Part shown: in pieces, positions 9,505 to 18,330 of the stretch | Layout: every line of letters begins with the position of its first letter | Numbering within the stretch: the first letter of the stretch is position 1 | Source: a virus | Reading direction: 5' to 3' (one strand) | DNA: 64,000 nucleotides | IMG/VR virus record: IMGVR_UViG_3300014720_000016 | The notes under the pieces: generated by a model | Seen by the model: only the letters and a program-made list of their open reading frames with translations | The model's database searches: none | What the model was told of the DNA's origin: nothing | Translations under genes and position numbers: made by a program

Positions 9505-9879
9505 TCACCGTGGCGGAGCATAGGCCCGGACAACAATCTTTTTACCGGGCAGCGCTGCTAGGATGCTCCGCATAGCAGAGGCTCCCACAGGATTATGAGA
9601 ATGGATAAGTATATTGTCTGGGCAGTGATCAGGATTATTAACCAGCCAGCGGGCGGCATCCTTACCCGTTAATTCCCGCACTGTACCGTCCTCCCGGACA
9701 GTGTCAGGGTCGTGCTCAAAGCCCAGATCATGATCGAGGCAAACCATGTCATAAGCACCTGATCGGGCCAGCCCTACGAATTCGCTATAGGTGTATGCAT
9801 GGGCAAGATCGTTGCCTGCCAGAATCTTCTGAAATCCGGCGTGACGTTCTGCATCATCATCAAGAATCAGTGTCTTCAT
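9505..9879 (-). CDS. cyclic-phosphate-processing receiver (cREC-like) domain protein
   Basis: LILDDD, LDHDLG, TG, IHSHNPVGA motifs of this stand-alone receiver clade. Confidence 0.75.
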   Translation of the reverse strand: MKTLILDDDAERHAGFQKILAGNDLAHAYTYSEFVGLARSGAYDMVCLDHDLGFEHDPDTVREDGTVRELTGKDAARWLVNNPDHCPDNILIHSHNPVGASAMRSILAALPGKKIVVRAYAPPR

Positions 9880-10204
9880 TTTTGTCCGTTTGCAGTAATC
9901 GAATTTCTTTTAGCAAAGCACCAGTCATACTGGGATCAGACGACCCTGGCATGACGCCTCGAGTAAGAAGATCAATTGTAGCATCGTCAACCGGAATAGA
10001 TCCTGGGCTGAATAAGTAATTGCCGCCTAGTGAAGAAACCCAGCTACAAATGTCTAGGCTGTCAGGATCAAGGGCTAGCCTGAGCTTTCCGCTGCCAGGT
10101 ATATTAAAAGATACCACTATGCGACTGCCGTTGCGGTAAGCACTGAATCCAGCACCAGCAGGAATAGGATAGCGAAGTAATATCTCCGCATTTTCTAACT
10201 TCAT
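9860..10204 (-). CDS. hypothetical protein, MKL start
   Basis: GAGG RBS; overlaps downstream gene. Confidence 0.65.
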   Translation of the reverse strand: MKLENAEILLRYPIPAGAGFSAYRNGSRIVVSFNIPGSGKLRLALDPDSLDICSWVSSLGGNYLFSPGSIPVDDATIDLLTRGVMPGSSDPSMTGALLKEIRLLQTDKNEDTDS

Positions 10205-10222
10205 AGCGTAGCTGTTCCTCTG

Positions 10223-10456
10223 TTACTGTTTGTTGCCAAAAGTATAGTCGTTCTCAGGATCGTCAGGCACATCTATCTGCTCTGAATCGCCTAGCACGCT
10301 GATGGCATAAATGCTGACAGGCTCCCGATTTTTTCGGAACCTGTAGTTGTGCTGCGCCAGCACTATCCCGAGAATAGCCATATCTTGAGGATAGGGCAGT
10401 CGCAGGACGCACGTTCCCCATCGGTCACGGAATTCATAGGCCTTGATAAGCTTCAT
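10223..10456 (-). CDS. MKL family B small protein
   Basis: MKLIKAYEFRD..IYAISVLGD..I. Confidence 0.7.
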   Translation of the reverse strand: MKLIKAYEFRDRWGTCVLRLPYPQDMAILGIVLAQHNYRFRKNREPVSIYAISVLGDSEQIDVPDDPENDYTFGNKQ

Positions 10457-10606
10457 GGTATTCCTTACCACGGAACGTTTAGCCCGCTAAACCAGCCGGG
10501 CAAATCCCACCACGCTTCCCAAAAGGGGCCTCCGCCCATTATAATCTCGCGCTCTACCAGGCGATGCCAGTCAGAGAAAGGTGCAGCGGGGGTGCAGAAG
10601 TAATAA

Positions 10607-10783
10607 TTACTTTTCCCGGTCGAAGGCGCCACAAGAGCAGTCATGCCAATCCTTCCACCAGCCGCAATCAGAAGCGTGCTCCGCCTCAGGCTCGGAATCC
10701 CCTAGGCTGCAAGGAGCACCAGCGTCATCGGTACCACAGGCAACGCAATAACCATCTCTAGTCCAGCCGGCATGATTGTTCAT
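10607..10783 (-). CDS. 58-aa Cys/His-rich protein
   Basis: Hand translation MNNHAGWTRDGYCVACG..HASDC..DCSCG..*. Confidence 0.55.
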   Translation of the reverse strand: MNNHAGWTRDGYCVACGTDDAGAPCSLGDSEPEAEHASDCGWWKDWHDCSCGAFDREK

Positions 10784-10790
10784 AGGCGCC

Positions 10791-11054
10791 CTACCATGAA
10801 GTAATTGTTGCAGTATTATTTGGACTTACAGTTGAGCTAATATATGAATTGCAGTCAGGCAGCGCCATCATGTAGCACATACCATTGACAAATATCCTAA
10901 TGGCAGCTGGCGCCAGCCGACCGTGCAGTACGTTGTCGGCTACTACCAGGGACGCTGGCGGTGCTAGACCGAACTCACGCGCAGCTATGGCCGCCGCTGC
11001 ATACCAGTGGCGACAAGCGATTGCTTCTGCCATTTCCCACTTCAACAGCTTCAT
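10791..11054 (-). CDS. MKL family A small protein
   Basis: MKLLKWEMAEAIACRHW..REFGL. Confidence 0.75.
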   Translation of the reverse strand: MKLLKWEMAEAIACRHWYAAAAIAAREFGLAPPASLVVADNVLHGRLAPAAIRIFVNGMCYMMALPDCNSYISSTVSPNNTATITSW

Positions 11055-11151
11055 ATAACTTTATCGCGCTTCTATCTCGGGCACGCCGGATTCTAGGACA
11101 ATCTTTGCCAGGGCAAGCCGGGCCATCTCGGCGGACCAAGGCTCGACGATA

Positions 11152-11772
11152 TCACCGCCTTGTTCGGCGATTAGCTTTAGCACTCGCACGGCTTCGGCTA
11201 GTGCGGCTTCCTGTTCGTTTTCCATCGGCTACCTCATCAAGAATATTTACAATCTGGCTTATCATTGCGCCCTGACTACCCTTGGCAAGAGGATAGCTGC
11301 CGAGCAGGGCGCCGTCACTATAAACGGCAAGCATGTTCGTGTATGTGCCGGCGGGATAATCTAGCCTAGCGGAAAATACTTTGGCAAAAAGAGATCGGTA
11401 AGAAACCAACATTTGGTTACGACCGTTGTCGTCCTCCCACTCACCCAGACACAGCTCGCCATAAGGAAGGGACGGCTTTGCCGCCTCTGTATCTTCAAGC
11501 TGCGCGATTGCCTGCGCAAATAGGGCCAGAGCCCTGTTTACCGGCAGAAGCCGCGGGCACACTTTGTTTAGCCTTGCCCTGTGAAACCGCCTGCGAGCCA
11601 GCCTGCTCATCCTACAGCTACCGCTCCACCATCTAGACGCAAGATGGCCATAGATAGTCACGTCGTTCGTGCGGTGCCAGGATGCTCGAGCTAGCGAGGT
11701 ATCTTTGCCGGCCGAGATTCGCAGGTACCCATTCGAATCCTCGGCGATATAAATGTTGTTTGTTTTTGGCAT
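11152..11772 (-). CDS. hypothetical basic protein
   Basis: AGGA RBS before MPKTNN; Arg-rich tail. Confidence 0.65.
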   Translation of the reverse strand: MPKTNNIYIAEDSNGYLRISAGKDTSLARASWHRTNDVTIYGHLASRWWSGSCRMSRLARRRFHRARLNKVCPRLLPVNRALALFAQAIAQLEDTEAAKPSLPYGELCLGEWEDDNGRNQMLVSYRSLFAKVFSARLDYPAGTYTNMLAVYSDGALLGSYPLAKGSQGAMISQIVNILDEVADGKRTGSRTSRSRASAKANRRTRR

Positions 11773-11804
11773 CTGCCCTATCCTTTGTGGCAAGCTGCTG
11801 CCGA

Positions 11805-12176
11805 TTACCTAGAAAAAGAAGCGCCGCAACCACAGGTGCGCCGGACCTCGTCCGACCTGAACTTGAAGCCGCTTTCAAGCAGGGTTCGCAGGTAGTCTAG
11901 GGTTGTCCCCTTTAGATAGGGCTCGCTAAAGCAGTCGATTACAAAATGCAGCCCGCCTACAAGATAAACCGAATCTTCTTCCGGGTCAACGGCATCTTGC
12001 TTGATGAACTCAAGATTGTACATAAAGCCAGAACAGCCTCCGCCTTTTACGCCAATCCTAATCCCGAACACATCGGGATCGGGGTCGTCTGAGTAGGCTG
12101 CCCGGAATTGTAGCAGGGCTTCTCCAGTGATTGTCACTGGGCAAAGCTCGGCACTCTTGATGTCTTGTGCTGTCAT
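11805..12176 (-). CDS. iscA: IscA/HesB-family Fe-S cluster assembly accessory protein
   Basis: IRIGVKGGGCSGFMY, YLKGTTLDY, CGCGASFS; GAGGT RBS. Confidence 0.92.
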   Translation of the reverse strand: MTAQDIKSAELCPVTITGEALLQFRAAYSDDPDPDVFGIRIGVKGGGCSGFMYNLEFIKQDAVDPEEDSVYLVGGLHFVIDCFSEPYLKGTTLDYLRTLLESGFKFRSDEVRRTCGCGASFSR

Positions 12177-12189
12177 GTGATCACCTCAT

Positions 12190-12269
12190 TGGCGCGCCCG
12201 GCTCGATTTGAACGAGCATGGGTCCAGTTATCCTTTCAACGACTTAGAAGGTCGAGGGAATACGGGCGC
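12190..12269 (-). ncRNA. D-armless tRNA-like RNA, anticodon loop CUUCUAA (UCU/Arg), CCA encoded
   Basis: Acceptor GCGCCCG/CGGGCGC+GCCA; T-arm GCTCG-TTCAAAT-CGAGC; CGAC/GTCG stem; only 8 nt where the D-arm should be. Confidence 0.75.
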
Positions 12270-12287
12270 ACAAATAATTACCAGGGG

Positions 12288-12593
12288 CTAGGTAAAAAGC
12301 CTTTGGACTACATAAGGATCCGTCACGCCCTCATCATCCCCTGAAGCCTCTAGCATACGGTATGCCAGCTCTATTGAGCTTTTTGTAATCTTGGCAAGAT
12401 TTGGAGAGAAGTAGGTGCCGGTGACGACTTGTCCACCTATACTTATCTGCTCACCGAACTGGTATATACAAAAGCCAGGCTTAACAACCCAAGCATACAT
12501 CGTGCTATCATCATAGATTCCGGTGAAAGCATCCGTGTATTCGCCAACTACTTCCTGTAGATGTTCGCGAATTTCCCACTCTCTAATCTTCAT
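12288..12593 (-). CDS. MKL family C protein
   Basis: MKIREWEIREHL..GF..YFSPNLAKI; paralogue of 14512-14844. Confidence 0.7.
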   Translation of the reverse strand: MKIREWEIREHLQEVVGEYTDAFTGIYDDSTMYAWVVKPGFCIYQFGEQISIGGQVVTGTYFSPNLAKITKSSIELAYRMLEASGDDEGVTDPYVVQRLFT

Positions 12594-12856
12594 TGCTTCA
12601 TCGCAAACACTACCCGTAGTGCCGGGTGAATGGTGTCTATAAAAGTATTGGAATAAAAACCTTCGCCGTCGCTCCAACTGTAGTACTCTTTGGATCGGTA
12701 CATAACGATCTCATTGCCAGCATAAGGATCGTCTACTACGACTTCAGCAGATGCTGTGTCAAAGTCAATCCCGAACTGCGCCTTAAACAACCTGTATATC
12801 TCGTCCACGTCGCGGCGCTGGAATGCATCTAGCATCTGGTAGTGATCCAGCTTCAT
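12590..12856 (-). CDS. MKL family A small protein
   Basis: MKLDHYQMLDAFQRRD..AQFGI..YSW..GF. Confidence 0.8.
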   Translation of the reverse strand: MKLDHYQMLDAFQRRDVDEIYRLFKAQFGIDFDTASAEVVVDDPYAGNEIVMYRSKEYYSWSDGEGFYSNTFIDTIHPALRVVFAMKQ

Positions 12857-12857
12857 G

Positions 12858-13115
12858 CTATACCCTTAGAGTAATGGCGCAAGATGTGCGACGATTAAAC
12901 TTGGCAAAAGATTTGCCGAAGCCGCTTTCGGCGGTCCATTTATAGTATCCTGGCCCATCCCAAAGGTGGACCGCATCTCCATGAAGATGAGTAGGATGAA
13001 CTTCTACTGACAAGTCTACAATGCTCAGGCCGAAGTGCTCTTGAAAGATCTGCACGGCTTTGTCGGTGTCGGCCTGCTGGAAAGCCTCTAGCATTAGATA
13101 GTGATTTAGCTTCAC
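12858..13115 (-). CDS. MKL family A small protein
   Basis: MKLNHYLMLEAFQQAD..EHFGL..YKW..GF (GTG start). Confidence 0.8.
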   Translation of the reverse strand: MKLNHYLMLEAFQQADTDKAVQIFQEHFGLSIVDLSVEVHPTHLHGDAVHLWDGPGYYKWTAESGFGKSFAKFNRRTSCAITLRV

Positions 13116-13132
13116 GCCTCACCCGCCCCTCT

Positions 13133-13155
13133 GGATAGGCGCGGCCCGGCTTTAG
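13133..13155 (-). promoter_or_regulatory. recurrent oriented motif (variant)
   Basis: GGATA-GGCGCGGC-CCGGCTTTAG; its TAA is the stop codon of the upstream gene. Confidence 0.55.
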
Positions 13156-13436
13156 ACCGGAGCCCGCGCTCTAATTGCCATGGCCCACCACACAGTGATG
13201 CTAGGTTTTGTGTAAGGCGTTATTATTTCAAAGCAAGAAAAGCCATTACGCGAATCCCACACATATGACTTATACCCTGCGTCAACCCTAAGCTGGTCAA
13301 TATAAGGATATGAATCCCTTACTTCTGCCTCGACATTAGGGAGCTTTATGTTAAAGTGTTGCTCGACGCCAGCCTTAATAGCAGGCAGATCCCGCTCAGC
13401 AAAGGCAAGGCGCATCGCATAGTTGTCTAGCTTCAT
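13152..13436 (-). CDS. MKL family A small protein
   Basis: MKLDNYAMRLAFAERD..QHFNI..YVW..GF. Confidence 0.8.
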   Translation of the reverse strand: MKLDNYAMRLAFAERDLPAIKAGVEQHFNIKLPNVEAEVRDSYPYIDQLRVDAGYKSYVWDSRNGFSCFEIITPYTKPSITVWWAMAIRARAPV

Positions 13437-13449
13437 GACTGCGCAACAC

Positions 13450-13968
13450 TCAATCCCAGAACCGATCAAGGGTTTCAATGATGCCAATGAAGTCTGAGAT
13501 AGGAGAGCCGGAGCGAAAGCAGCCGACCTGGTCGGGATGATTACCCCATCGGCAATGGCCGCGGTCAATGTCGTCCTTCATCTGTACCAGTTGCTTGACA
13601 GCCGCTTCCGTAATATAGTTGTGATTAATGTATTGCTGATAGCTATATGTGCCATCGTCTTCGTGCGCAATATTGTCGCAACCGACAACACTTACCTGCT
13701 TGCAAAGACCGAGGTCATAGGGGCTGCTCTTGCGCCACTTGATAGTGGAGAACGTGCCGCCCGCCGGTTCGAGATCGTAGGCAGTGCTCTCTGGATCGGC
13801 ATAGTGAGCTTCGTAAGCAGGGATATCAGGAACCGCTACTGCCTTGTAGTACTTGCCAAGTGTGCCGAAGAAAGGGATATCATCCTGCGAGCAGGAGAAG
13901 TTTACATAAATCTTAAAGCAGTCGCCAGCAGCAACCGGCGGGCTGTAGTCAATCTTGTTAATTTTCAT
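13450..13968 (-). CDS. hypothetical protein
   Basis: 172-aa ORF, MKI start, within run. Confidence 0.65.
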   Translation of the reverse strand: MKINKIDYSPPVAAGDCFKIYVNFSCSQDDIPFFGTLGKYYKAVAVPDIPAYEAHYADPESTAYDLEPAGGTFSTIKWRKSSPYDLGLCKQVSVVGCDNIAHEDDGTYSYQQYINHNYITEAAVKQLVQMKDDIDRGHCRWGNHPDQVGCFRSGSPISDFIGIIETLDRFWD

Positions 13969-14245
13969 GCTGATAATCCCGCTTTCTTATAACGGTTAGT
14001 TGCGGCACTACGTCGCCTAGCCCGGCTGAATAACGATAGGAATAGAAGCCAGTGTCCTGGCTCCATGTATAGCGCTTGTCGCAAATACGCAGAGAAACAT
14101 AGCTGTCATCCACTACGCTGTCTAGGAGTGCGACCTCTGCTTTTGCCTGAAGGGAGCAGCCGTGATGCCTAGCGATGGCAGCAGCCAGACCATCCCAGTC
14201 GCCGCGCTCGATCATAAATATAAGCTCGTAATCTATGAGCTTCAA
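13958..14245 (-). CDS. MKL family A small protein (TTG start)
   Basis: LKLIDYELIFMIERGDW..RHHG..YTW..GF; AGGA RBS. Confidence 0.75.
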   Translation of the reverse strand: MKLIDYELIFMIERGDWDGLAAAIARHHGCSLQAKAEVALLDSVVDDSYVSLRICDKRYTWSQDTGFYSYRYSAGLGDVVPQLTVIRKRDYQHEN

Positions 14246-14246
14246 A

Positions 14247-14525
14247 TCAAATTCCTTTGCAGTAGACAATAGCCATCGGAGTAGGGTAGTTTACTGGGTA
14301 CCGCTCGGAGATCACCTGCCCTCGCCTCCAGTAGTAGATATTGTATTGCCAGCGGATCTGCACCTCTTCCATATCCCAGGCAGGCATTACTGACGTAGAT
14401 ATGCCATGAATGCTAATGGCTTCCTCAATACCCTCGAGTGGGAATAAGGATGCTAGCAGCCGAACAGCTGCTCCCCAGTCCTTTTCCCCAAGGGCAAACT
14501 TAATCGCAATGCTAGCTAGCTTCAT
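14247..14525 (-). CDS. MKL family A small protein
   Basis: MKLASIAIKFALGEKDWGAA..YYW. Confidence 0.75.
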   Translation of the reverse strand: MKLASIAIKFALGEKDWGAAVRLLASLFPLEGIEEAISIHGISTSVMPAWDMEEVQIRWQYNIYYWRRGQVISERYPVNYPTPMAIVYCKGI

Positions 14526-14844
14526 TGGCCGCCCTGAACATATCTGCGATTTCTTCGCAGGCCGATGCCTGCTTCCATGGCAAGCCGGAGCTGCGAACAA
14601 TAACATTTACAGCCGCAGTTATACTATCGTCGCTAATCTTAGTTAGACATGGCTCGAAGTATCCAGACACGCTGCCGTGCACAGAGACTGCTACAGCATT
14701 GCCACGCTGCAAAAAGGCAAATCCATCATTGTGGGGCCAGAGTAGCAGGGCATGATCCCTGGTGCGCCCTGCCCAGAAAACCTCGGGCTCTCTGCCAAGC
14801 AGCTCACTTATATGCCGCTCAATCTCCCATTGTCGCAGCTTCAT
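14512..14844 (-). CDS. MKL family C protein
   Basis: MKLRQWEIERHI..GF..YFEPCLTKI. Confidence 0.7.
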   Translation of the reverse strand: MKLRQWEIERHISELLGREPEVFWAGRTRDHALLLWPHNDGFAFLQRGNAVAVSVHGSVSGYFEPCLTKISDDSITAAVNVIVRSSGLPWKQASACEEIADMFRAANEAS

Positions 14845-14850
14845 AATGCC

Positions 14851-15114
14851 TCAACGATTGCAATCAAATACAGTCACAAGTAGCTTGTAACGCGGCACTA
14901 TGCTGCCGGAATAAAGACCAATTATTTTATCCCAGCCATACACCATGCATTCGGTTTCAATTACTACTTCGGGATGATGATCGCGATCCAGCATAACCTC
15001 AAGGTCGTACCCATCAGGAAGGACAAGTCCATAATGATCCGCAAGGGCAGTCACGGCTAGCTCGTAGTCTGCCGCCATGAACGCTTCTGAGATAGCAACA
15101 GACGCCAGCTTCAT
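14851..15114 (-). CDS. MKL family A small protein
   Basis: MKLASVAISEAFMAADY..DHYGL..YGW. Confidence 0.8.
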   Translation of the reverse strand: MKLASVAISEAFMAADYELAVTALADHYGLVLPDGYDLEVMLDRDHHPEVVIETECMVYGWDKIIGLYSGSIVPRYKLLVTVFDCNR

Positions 15115-15117
15115 ATC

Positions 15118-15616
15118 TCACCTGCCGGCCACAAAGAATGCCGGATCAAACTTGCCGTGGTGATTACCCTCAAAGCGATCAAGGAAATGCTCAGTAATCT
15201 TGCTGGGGGCACCGATGAGTTCGACCATGTCCCTGTTTTTAAGGGTGCAGACCTCGCCCGCATCATCCACATAATGCACGCGAGAAACACCAGCGTTCTT
15301 AAGGCAATGCTGGCAAAGCAAGCATGGCTTGCCGTTCTTATTCTGCCGGGACTCTGCACCCCCGGCATTGTTGAAGCGATAGATAAAAATCTTGCTGCCG
15401 CTTGCCTTGGGTCCGAGCTTGCGGAGCAGGTCCATCTCAGCGTGCATCGAGCAACGGAATACTGATCTGTTCCGGGAGTAACGCAGCTTATTGACACCAA
15501 AGTCAACTGCTACGCCACCCTTTATTGCAAAGGCAACAATCTGATGCTGAAGCTCGTCGTCCCTAAACTGGGTAGCGATAGATTCAGCGAGGTACTACAA
15601 AATCAAGATAACGCAT
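15118..15616 (-). pseudogene. cytidine/dCMP deaminase-fold protein with apparent frameshift near the start
   Basis: HAE and KPCLLC zinc motifs; frame stays open upstream to 15594, but the SD-led ATG at 15616 is 1 nt out of frame. Confidence 0.7.
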
Positions 15617-15619
15617 TTA

Positions 15620-15961
15620 TCAGGCTCCTGTGGTTAGGGTTTGCTGCCGGAAAACTTCTAGAACTGGACGATCACGCAGTTGAGCGCGAGGGTTAGTCTT
15701 TCCATCAGAGTAGTACCTCTGAGCGGATAGTGATGCTATAAAGCCCGTATCGCTGTGCCACTCAAACCTATAACCGTAGATCGGATATAGTAGCAGGGAG
15801 TCCGCTGCCCGCGCAAAGGGAATCTGGAGACTCGTCAGGCTGTAAACCTGAAGTTCATTCAGGCTTACCTCTACATTAAAGTGGCGAGCTATTATGCCCG
15901 CCGCAGTCATCCATTCCCCATCTTCAATAGCTACTAGCATCGCAGCGGTTTCTAGTTTCAT
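15620..15961 (-). CDS. MKL family A small protein
   Basis: MKLETAAMLVAIEDGEW..RHFNV..FEW..GF. Confidence 0.8.
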   Translation of the reverse strand: MKLETAAMLVAIEDGEWMTAAGIIARHFNVEVSLNELQVYSLTSLQIPFARAADSLLLYPIYGYRFEWHSDTGFIASLSAQRYYSDGKTNPRAQLRDRPVLEVFRQQTLTTGA

Positions 15962-15981
15962 AGCGATGCTAGTAGCTTACA

Positions 15982-16404
15982 TCAAAGCGCCGTCACCGCC
16001 AGCTTTGTTGTAACGTGCCCGCGCTCCTTGATCGGAGGCAGGTTTGCCATCAGTACGCGGATGCTTTCCTCGCACTCGGCAATCTCTGGGTAATTTTCCA
16101 GGAGAGTTTCCCGAGCGCTCTTGTCCATTGAAATGGCATCGTGCATACAGCTAAGCAGAACGGCGGTAGCCCGCTCCCGCTGGATGCCCATGCGCTGAAT
16201 GAAAAGTGCCATGACCGCAAGATGGGGCAGGCGAGCAGTAGGAGCCTTCTCGGTATCCTCACCCACCTTAACCTTGCCCTGAACCCGGACAGTAAAGTCT
16301 ACTGCGTGTTCACCGGGCTGCACCTCGTCACGGGCACCGCCAGACTTAATAGATCCAAGAGCAACAATCTCAATCGGGGAAAGTTCGCTAATGCTTTGAG
16401 CCAT
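15982..16404 (-). CDS. hypothetical protein
   Basis: GGAG RBS; 41 nt downstream of motif 16445. Confidence 0.75.
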   Translation of the reverse strand: MAQSISELSPIEIVALGSIKSGGARDEVQPGEHAVDFTVRVQGKVKVGEDTEKAPTARLPHLAVMALFIQRMGIQRERATAVLLSCMHDAISMDKSARETLLENYPEIAECEESIRVLMANLPPIKERGHVTTKLAVTAL

Positions 16405-16444
16405 ATTTACTCCGTGTGTGGTTTGTGCGCTGTGCCGCCGGTCG

Positions 16445-16467
16445 GGATCGGGCCGCGCCGGCTTTAG
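16445..16467 (-). promoter_or_regulatory. recurrent oriented motif
   Basis: GGATC-GGGCCGCG-CCGGCTTTAG. Confidence 0.7.
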
Positions 16468-16482
16468 GCCCGGCCCGTACTG

Positions 16483-17598
16483 TCAGGTCATCTGGCGGAT
16501 GTCGCGGTCATCTACCTGCTCCCATGCCACATTGCGTGGGTTCAGGTGGCGATTGAAATAGTCGAGAGCCGACTCGTAGGTGATCCGGTCGATATTCTTG
16601 AGGAAGGACACCTTCTCGTTCGAAGAGTTAAGGTGCTTGCGGAATCCCGAAGATGCCAGGTTCTGCTCGGCAATGCGGATTGCAATGCGGCGATTTGCCA
16701 TCATCATGTCAAACCGCTCGCGGGTAAAATGCTTCTCCGGGTTAGAGAGCACATCCAGCGTAAGGCCCTTGATGCGATCCACGTTGCTGTCTTTGGTGGA
16801 TGTCGATACAACCATGATGTGGTCGTCGTTCATCTTGTAGGCGCTAGCCGAAACCCAGTAACAAAGACTGGCCTTCTCCCGTAGCTCCTGATACAGCGGA
16901 CTCTTTAGACCATAACCAAGAGTAGCCTGGATAATCTGAAGATGATAAACCCCATCAAGCGGCAGGATGGGTGAGGCGCTCAGGACATTAATGCTGCTAG
17001 GTACAACAGGCGCATCGTGGTTGACGTGACGGAAGCCAGTATAGGTAGCGGCGCTCGTATCAGCAAACTCGGCCTGCACATCGAAGTCATCACGGTCAAT
17101 GACAATAATCTTTGAAGGCTTTGCGAATGCGCGAGCGTGCAGCTCACAAATCTGCTCAAATGTTACAGACTCAATAGCAGCCCGGACGCCGATAGGACCC
17201 ACATAGCCGAAGCGGACGCTGGAATAGTTGGCGAAGCTAGAGAAGCCGCTCTCGCTATAGGCGTCATCATACTCCTGGAGTACGATATTCTTTTCCTTGT
17301 TAAAGTGTTCGAGGGTCGGTCGATAGCTGAGGATGCGCTCTACAAACAGATCGCGGAACTTGGCCAGCTCACTGCTAAGCCCTGACAGGAAGAACACTAC
17401 CTCGTCACCGCCGGTATAGGCATTGTAGGTTAGGCAATGCTCATCTAGCTTTTCTTCAACGTCATCCAGTGAGCAGCAAATCATGTGCTCGAGCAGGTGC
17501 GACATGCCTTTGAGATGCGGATCTTCGTTCTTGACCGGCGACTCGAAAGCAATATAGATCGCGCCCAGCTCGTTGTTGGACTTCTCGAAAATCTTCAT
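16483..17598 (-). CDS. M16 (insulinase/pitrilysin) family zinc peptidase
   Basis: GMSHLLEH inverted HxxEH, NAYT, EKNIVLQE, SPLYQELREK..Y. Confidence 0.9.
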   Translation of the reverse strand: MKIFEKSNNELGAIYIAFESPVKNEDPHLKGMSHLLEHMICCSLDDVEEKLDEHCLTYNAYTGGDEVVFFLSGLSSELAKFRDLFVERILSYRPTLEHFNKEKNIVLQEYDDAYSESGFSSFANYSSVRFGYVGPIGVRAAIESVTFEQICELHARAFAKPSKIIVIDRDDFDVQAEFADTSAATYTGFRHVNHDAPVVPSSINVLSASPILPLDGVYHLQIIQATLGYGLKSPLYQELREKASLCYWVSASAYKMNDDHIMVVSTSTKDSNVDRIKGLTLDVLSNPEKHFTRERFDMMMANRRIAIRIAEQNLASSGFRKHLNSSNEKVSFLKNIDRITYESALDYFNRHLNPRNVAWEQVDDRDIRQMT

Positions 17599-17611
17599 TT
17601 AGTTCCTTTTA

Positions 17612-17950
17612 TCAGGGGTTATAGGACAGGCGGGCGAAGCATCCACAGTGCCACACTCTTGCTTTATCTCGTACTGGTGCCAGCAGCGCGGCAACATTTA
17701 TGTGCGCGCCGCATGTTATTGAAAACTGGTTAGGCTCACCTTCGTTGCCATATGCCGCAAGTCGCTCGGCGCTACGACCTGATACGTATTCGGCCAGGAT
17801 TATGTAATTGCGTTGCCACACGATCTCTTCTATATCGCTGGAGGCTAGCTGGCCGGCAATGGCGTACCAGGCAGGCGGGAATGGTAGATCAATGGCAGTG
17901 TGCCATTCTGCCGGTGCGAGGACGGTAAAGATCTGGTCAGCTAGCTTCAT
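17612..17950 (-). CDS. hypothetical protein, MKL start
   Basis: ORF in run. Confidence 0.65.
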   Translation of the reverse strand: MKLADQIFTVLAPAEWHTAIDLPFPPAWYAIAGQLASSDIEEIVWQRNYIILAEYVSGRSAERLAAYGNEGEPNQFSITCGAHINVAALLAPVRDKARVWHCGCFARLSYNP

Positions 17951-17953
17951 CTA

Positions 17954-18247
17954 TTACCCATCTTCGCGAAAATAGCCCGCCCTCGCCAGAGCAGATATAA
18001 CATCCTCGACTTCGTCATCAGGAAACTTTAAAAATATTCCTGGAGACATTATGTATAGCTCGTGAGTGTATTGCAGGCCTAGACTATACTGGCCGTAGAC
18101 TTTATCCTTGGTATGCAGCTTCTTTGCGTAAAATAAGCTAGCAGTAGTCTCCAACCCGTCACCAGTAACAATATAGGCGTGCTCGGTCCACGGTGAAACC
18201 CATGAGAGGCTCTTTAGCTTGTAGAAAACTATGCTGTCTAGCTTCAT
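17954..18247 (-). CDS. hypothetical protein, MKL start
   Basis: ORF in run. Confidence 0.65.
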   Translation of the reverse strand: MKLDSIVFYKLKSLSWVSPWTEHAYIVTGDGLETTASLFYAKKLHTKDKVYGQYSLGLQYTHELYIMSPGIFLKFPDDEVEDVISALARAGYFREDG

Positions 18248-18288
18248 GCAACTACTCGCTATCTGCTCTGGCGAACAAGCTCCTAACT

Positions 18289-18324
18289 AAAAAAGCAGCC
18301 CCGCTGCTGGTACAGCGGGGCTGC
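18289..18324 (-). terminator. intrinsic terminator
   Basis: 12-bp stem GCAGCCCCGCTG/CAGCGGGGCTGC followed by U6 on minus strand. Confidence 0.85.
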
Positions 18325-18330
18325 CGGGCG

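Noticed and set aside
9505-9879. Ordinary two-component response regulator
   Set aside because: It has the DHDLG and HSxN motifs of the stand-alone cyclic-phosphate-processing clade, with no output domain or nearby kinase.
11091-11125. Additional copy of the recurrent motif upstream of 11054
   Set aside because: There is only a vague resemblance (GGACA...GCCGGGCC); the CCGG and TTTAG blocks are missing at the required spacing.
12190-12269. Amber-suppressor tRNA
   Set aside because: CUA is present in the loop but one position off-centre. In a 7-nt loop the anticodon is UCU.
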